Source: a virus
Lineage: Duplodnaviria; Caudoviricetes
Virus record (IMG/VR): IMGVR_UViG_3300022876_000178
Span: 1 to 37,194 of that record
Length of the DNA: 37,194 nt
Reading direction: 5' to 3' (one strand)
Positions 34,381 through 37,194 of this stretch are shown one piece after another. Under the pieces are notes generated by a model. It was not told the DNA's origin. It saw nothing but the letters and a program-made list of their open reading frames with translations, and searched no databases. Made by a program: the position numbers and the translations under genes. Positions within the stretch are counted from its first letter, which is position 1; every line of letters begins with the position of its first letter.

Positions 34381-35089
34381 AAAATTTGTAGGGTCAAGTG
34401 GACATGGGCTAAAAATCCGGGGTGCCAAACATTTTATCGATGAAGTTGATGAAGCCCGGAAAGTAACTAATGAGGTACATCGAATTCTAACTAGTGAATA
34501 CAACGGTGCTGGCACAGTGTTCCATGACAATAGTTCAACAACTCAAAATCAAAATTTACAAACGATCGTTACCTATCATAATGGACAACAACGTGATTTG
34601 GATTGGAGCATTCACTTTAACGCAGCAAGTGCTATCGATGGACCCAGAGGTGTAGAGGTCCTTTATTATGATGTAAAAGATTTATCAGCTAGGATGAGTG
34701 CTGCTATTGCTAAAGCATCTGGTTTGAAAGACCGCGGAGCAAAACAACGGAAAGAATTATACTTCCTTAAAAATACGAGTAAACCAGCTATCTTAATAGA
34801 AGTGTGCTTTGTAGATAGCAAAGCAGATGTTGAGTTGTATTATAGTAACTTTAATGCTGTTTGTGCGGCTATCGCAGAGGTTTTAGCTGCACATTTAGGA
34901 TATACAAAAGCACAAACAGAACAGGCGTATGATTATGCAGAAGCGAAAGTTATGCTTAATGATACTAAAGCTATATCTGCGAGGATTCTAGAAGGTAGGA
35001 CGTATGTACAAGTGCGAGAAATTGCTGATCTGTTAGGTCTTAAGCTCGTTTATAACAACGAGAGCAAAATAACAAAATTGTATAAGTAG
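34373..35089 (+). CDS. Endolysin, N-acetylmuramoyl-L-alanine amidase (Amidase_3)
   Basis: SSGHG, SIHFNA, AILIEVCFVDS; C-terminal GRTYVQVREIADLLG wall-binding domain. Confidence 0.94.
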   Translation: MTKKFVGSSGHGLKIRGAKHFIDEVDEARKVTNEVHRILTSEYNGAGTVFHDNSSTTQNQNLQTIVTYHNGQQRDLDWSIHFNAASAIDGPRGVEVLYYDVKDLSARMSAAIAKASGLKDRGAKQRKELYFLKNTSKPAILIEVCFVDSKADVELYYSNFNAVCAAIAEVLAAHLGYTKAQTEQAYDYAEAKVMLNDTKAISARILEGRTYVQVREIADLLGLKLVYNNESKITKLYK

Positions 35090-35092
35090 ATG

Positions 35093-35136
35093 AAATGCCT
35101 AGGTACTCAATTTATTTTGAGCCTGGGCATTTTTTC
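35093..35136 (+). terminator. Terminator after the endolysin
   Basis: AAATGCCTAGG...CCTGGGCATTT followed by a T-run. Confidence 0.8.
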
Positions 35137-35215
35137 ATTTATAAATAATAGAGTTATGTTTCTGAAGGTTTAAAGATTATTATTTCACAGCTATAATACA
35201 CGTGAAAATGTACTT

Positions 35216-35259
35216 TAAAAAATAAATGACCAAGAAATAGTTTTTCTTGGTCATTTTTA
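35216..35259. terminator. Bidirectional terminator of the reverse-strand insert
   Basis: AAATGACCAAGAAA-tagtt-TTTCTTGGTCATTT. Confidence 0.8.
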
Positions 35260-35280
35260 TAAATTGTTTTTATTACTTCT

Positions 35281-35469
35281 TTATGATCTAACGACCAAAC
35301 CTACTCTTCCTTCAGTAGAGGAATTGGATTTAATACCAGTAATTTTATTAATTTCCTCAACTGAGGAACCTTTGGATGCAAAATGTTTATTAATTAAAGA
35401 ATACATTTCTCTAAGTTGTTCTGGATTCACTTTAGAAAGTTGTCTATTTAAAGCGCTTTGTACTGTCAT
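35281..35469 (-). CDS. Small hypothetical protein, second gene of the reverse moron
   Basis: AAGGGGGAG RBS inside the upstream gene; followed by a terminator. Confidence 0.7.
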   Translation of the reverse strand: MTVQSALNRQLSKVNPEQLREMYSLINKHFASKGSSVEEINKITGIKSNSSTEGRVGLVVRS

Positions 35470-36703
35470 ATAAAACTCCCCCTTCTATGTAACTATTTGA
35501 ACTTGTATAAACTAATCCATGGGCGTTCAATAGTGAAATAAACTTTTCTCGAACAACTTGTTCAATGGATGTTCCTTTTTTATAAAGGATATCTTTTGGG
35601 TTTATAACTATTAGATAGAGTTTTGTTTCTCCTTTGCTTGTATTAGCTTTGAAAAAAGAATAAATTCTACCTTCTTTATGTGGATTATTGCCTGTATAAG
35701 AAAAACTAAACTTATCATCTACATTAAGTATATCAGAAATTACAATTGAACAAAATAGTCCAGTTTTATCATTATTGTTTAACCGGTTTAATTCCAAATC
35801 ATTTTCATTTTGTTTAGAATCGTCATTTTCTACCACCTCAGTTGTAGCAGCAACTTCATTATATGAAGTTTGTTCTTTTACCTTTGAAGGTGAAGAAAGG
35901 AGAATATTGTTGATTTCGTTTGCGAACTCATCTAATTTAGTGTATAAAATGTTGACAAACCCAATTGAGGCAGGAGAGTAATCAGACTTTACTACTTCAG
36001 ACTCCAATTTTTCCAAAGAAGTTAGTACCTGGGTTATGTCCTCTAGTGTTTCGATTCGTTCTAATCGCTTAATAGCATTTATTAAAATCTCTTTTGAATC
36101 TCTGTTAAATTCATAGTACTCTTGAAGAACTGCATTTAGATAAGTCCCTTCGCTTACACAACCAAATTCGTATTCAATTTTAATACACTCTGTATTTACT
36201 TTTGATAATAAGTGGTAATTATAAACTTGTACACCAACAATCCCAGAAGTATACCGAGTGAAATCTTCGAAAACTTTTTTGTGTTTTTTATTTATTTCAA
36301 AACTTTTTAGTTCATCATATGAGTACATTAAATCTTTAGTATCGCTATTTAATTTTGTAATTAAATCATTTGTTTTTTTAGCTAAGCGATCATATGAAAT
36401 TGTAGAAATGAGACAAAGTGTGAAAATTATTGCTACAAAAAGTTTTAAATCTATAGTGCTACCATCTCCTACTATAAAAGAAACAATTGTTCCTAAAAAA
36501 GCTATTGCAGAAATTAAATATCCTATAGTAACGGGCACATAATATCTTTTTTTGATTAAATATGGTGAATTTAAACGTGAAAAATATAAAATATCAAGAA
36601 TGTACTGGATTAGTAAATTAAATCCACCGTTGTTCAACTTAGCAAGTTTAAATGTAAGGATTGCTGTAACAATTATTGAAGATAACACTAAAAATATAGT
36701 CAT
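35444..36703 (-). CDS. Membrane protein (about 3 TM) with large unknown soluble domain
   Basis: 419-aa AT-rich ORF; GGGGG RBS; TATAAT at 36742-36737. Confidence 0.85.
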   Translation of the reverse strand: MTIFLVLSSIIVTAILTFKLAKLNNGGFNLLIQYILDILYFSRLNSPYLIKKRYYVPVTIGYLISAIAFLGTIVSFIVGDGSTIDLKLFVAIIFTLCLISTISYDRLAKKTNDLITKLNSDTKDLMYSYDELKSFEINKKHKKVFEDFTRYTSGIVGVQVYNYHLLSKVNTECIKIEYEFGCVSEGTYLNAVLQEYYEFNRDSKEILINAIKRLERIETLEDITQVLTSLEKLESEVVKSDYSPASIGFVNILYTKLDEFANEINNILLSSPSKVKEQTSYNEVAATTEVVENDDSKQNENDLELNRLNNNDKTGLFCSIVISDILNVDDKFSFSYTGNNPHKEGRIYSFFKANTSKGETKLYLIVINPKDILYKKGTSIEQVVREKFISLLNAHGLVYTSSNSYIEGGVLYDSTKRFK

Positions 36704-36874
36704 ACTGTCCCCCGATAATAGTAATTTGTCCCAACTATTATACGATATTTACCAATATACAACCAGTGTTTTAATTTTTTGAAAAAATTTAAGTTAATAC
36801 TAAAAGGAAGGATTTAGCGTTATTTTAATCTTTTATTTTATGTTTCTTGCTGATTAAATATTAGAATTAATTAC

Positions 36875-36923
36875 TTGTCAAAATACAAACATCTGTTCTA
36901 TTATGTATACAAACAAGTGTTCT
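36875..36923 (+). promoter_or_regulatory. SigA promoter with two LexA (Cheo)-like boxes
   Basis: TTGTCA(36875)-18-TATTAT; CAAACATCTGTTCT (36886) and CAAACAAGTGTTCT (36910) resemble CGAAC-N4-GTTCG. Confidence 0.75.
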
Positions 36924-36969
36924 TGTATAGATTATAAATGAGGAACATTTCATGTATTAGGAGGAAACA

Positions 36970-37194
36970 TTGATGAGAGAACAACTGGTTAAAGCTATGC
37001 AGTGTAATCAATTAGTAAACATGATGTATGTATCTAAAAATGGGTCTGTAACAAAAAGGCGAGTAAAAATCATTAAAATCGTTGGTGATTCATTTCAAGC
37101 ATTCTGTTTCATGAGACAAACAAAGCGTACATTTTTAATCAGAAATATACTCGCTGTTACTCCTGTTATTCGAAAAGAGTCTGATGTTGTATGA
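36970..37194 (+). CDS. Small stand-alone WYL/YolD-like protein
   Basis: MMYVSKNGSVTKRRVKI...FQAFCFMRQTKRTFLIRNI. Confidence 0.75.
   Translation: MMREQLVKAMQCNQLVNMMYVSKNGSVTKRRVKIIKIVGDSFQAFCFMRQTKRTFLIRNILAVTPVIRKESDVV

Larger units (their letters stand above)
1..37194. mobile_element. Temperate myovirus prophage (SPP1-type head, PBSX/phiCD119-type contractile tail); integrase and att sites outside the window or not recognised
   Basis: Canonical module order: immunity, replication, late activator, packaging, head, sheath/tube/baseplate, lysis. Structural ORFs appear intact. Confidence 0.97.

Noticed and set aside
21733-35089. Stand-alone tailocin or PBSX-like defective element
   Set aside because: Full head, packaging and replication genes are present.
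32044-36703. Diversity-generating retroelement or retron
   Set aside because: No reverse transcriptase and no TR/VR repeat pair were seen.
266-36782. Many 60-120-aa antisense or alternate-frame ORFs in the track (for example 266-448, 4209-4439, 12553-12900, 27505-27861, 36258-36542)
   Set aside because: They are shadows of well-supported genes and lack an RBS or motifs.

Overview
The window is almost the whole of a temperate, contractile-tailed (myovirus) prophage from a low-GC Bacillaceae host. The host is probably Lysinibacillus-like, which is an inference from protein style and not verified. Module order from left to right: divergent XRE repressor/Cro switch; early genes (second XRE, ORF6N/ORF6C antirepressor, replication initiator with five 23-bp iterons); a variable array of small early genes (dimeric dUTPase, DUF3310-type, GIY-YIG nuclease); a minimal 184-aa tyrosine recombinase; late activator; terminase, SPP1-type portal and head genes; PBSX/phiCD119-type tail and baseplate; tail fibre; two holins and an amidase; a reverse-strand two-gene insert; and a LexA-boxed WYL/YolD-like gene. 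The integrase and att sites are not visible. Best leads: (1) a family of ACTGAACA-type sites that brackets the tail-fibre receptor-binding module as an inverted pair, recurs at early-gene junctions and resembles a two-subsite locus beside the minimal recombinase, suggesting a phage cassette-exchange system; (2) three uncharacterised two-gene morons, some defence-like; (3) several structured non-coding RNA candidates; (4) Prp-type cleavage motifs on both the capsid and the tail tube. Family names come from motif recognition and recall, not database searches.
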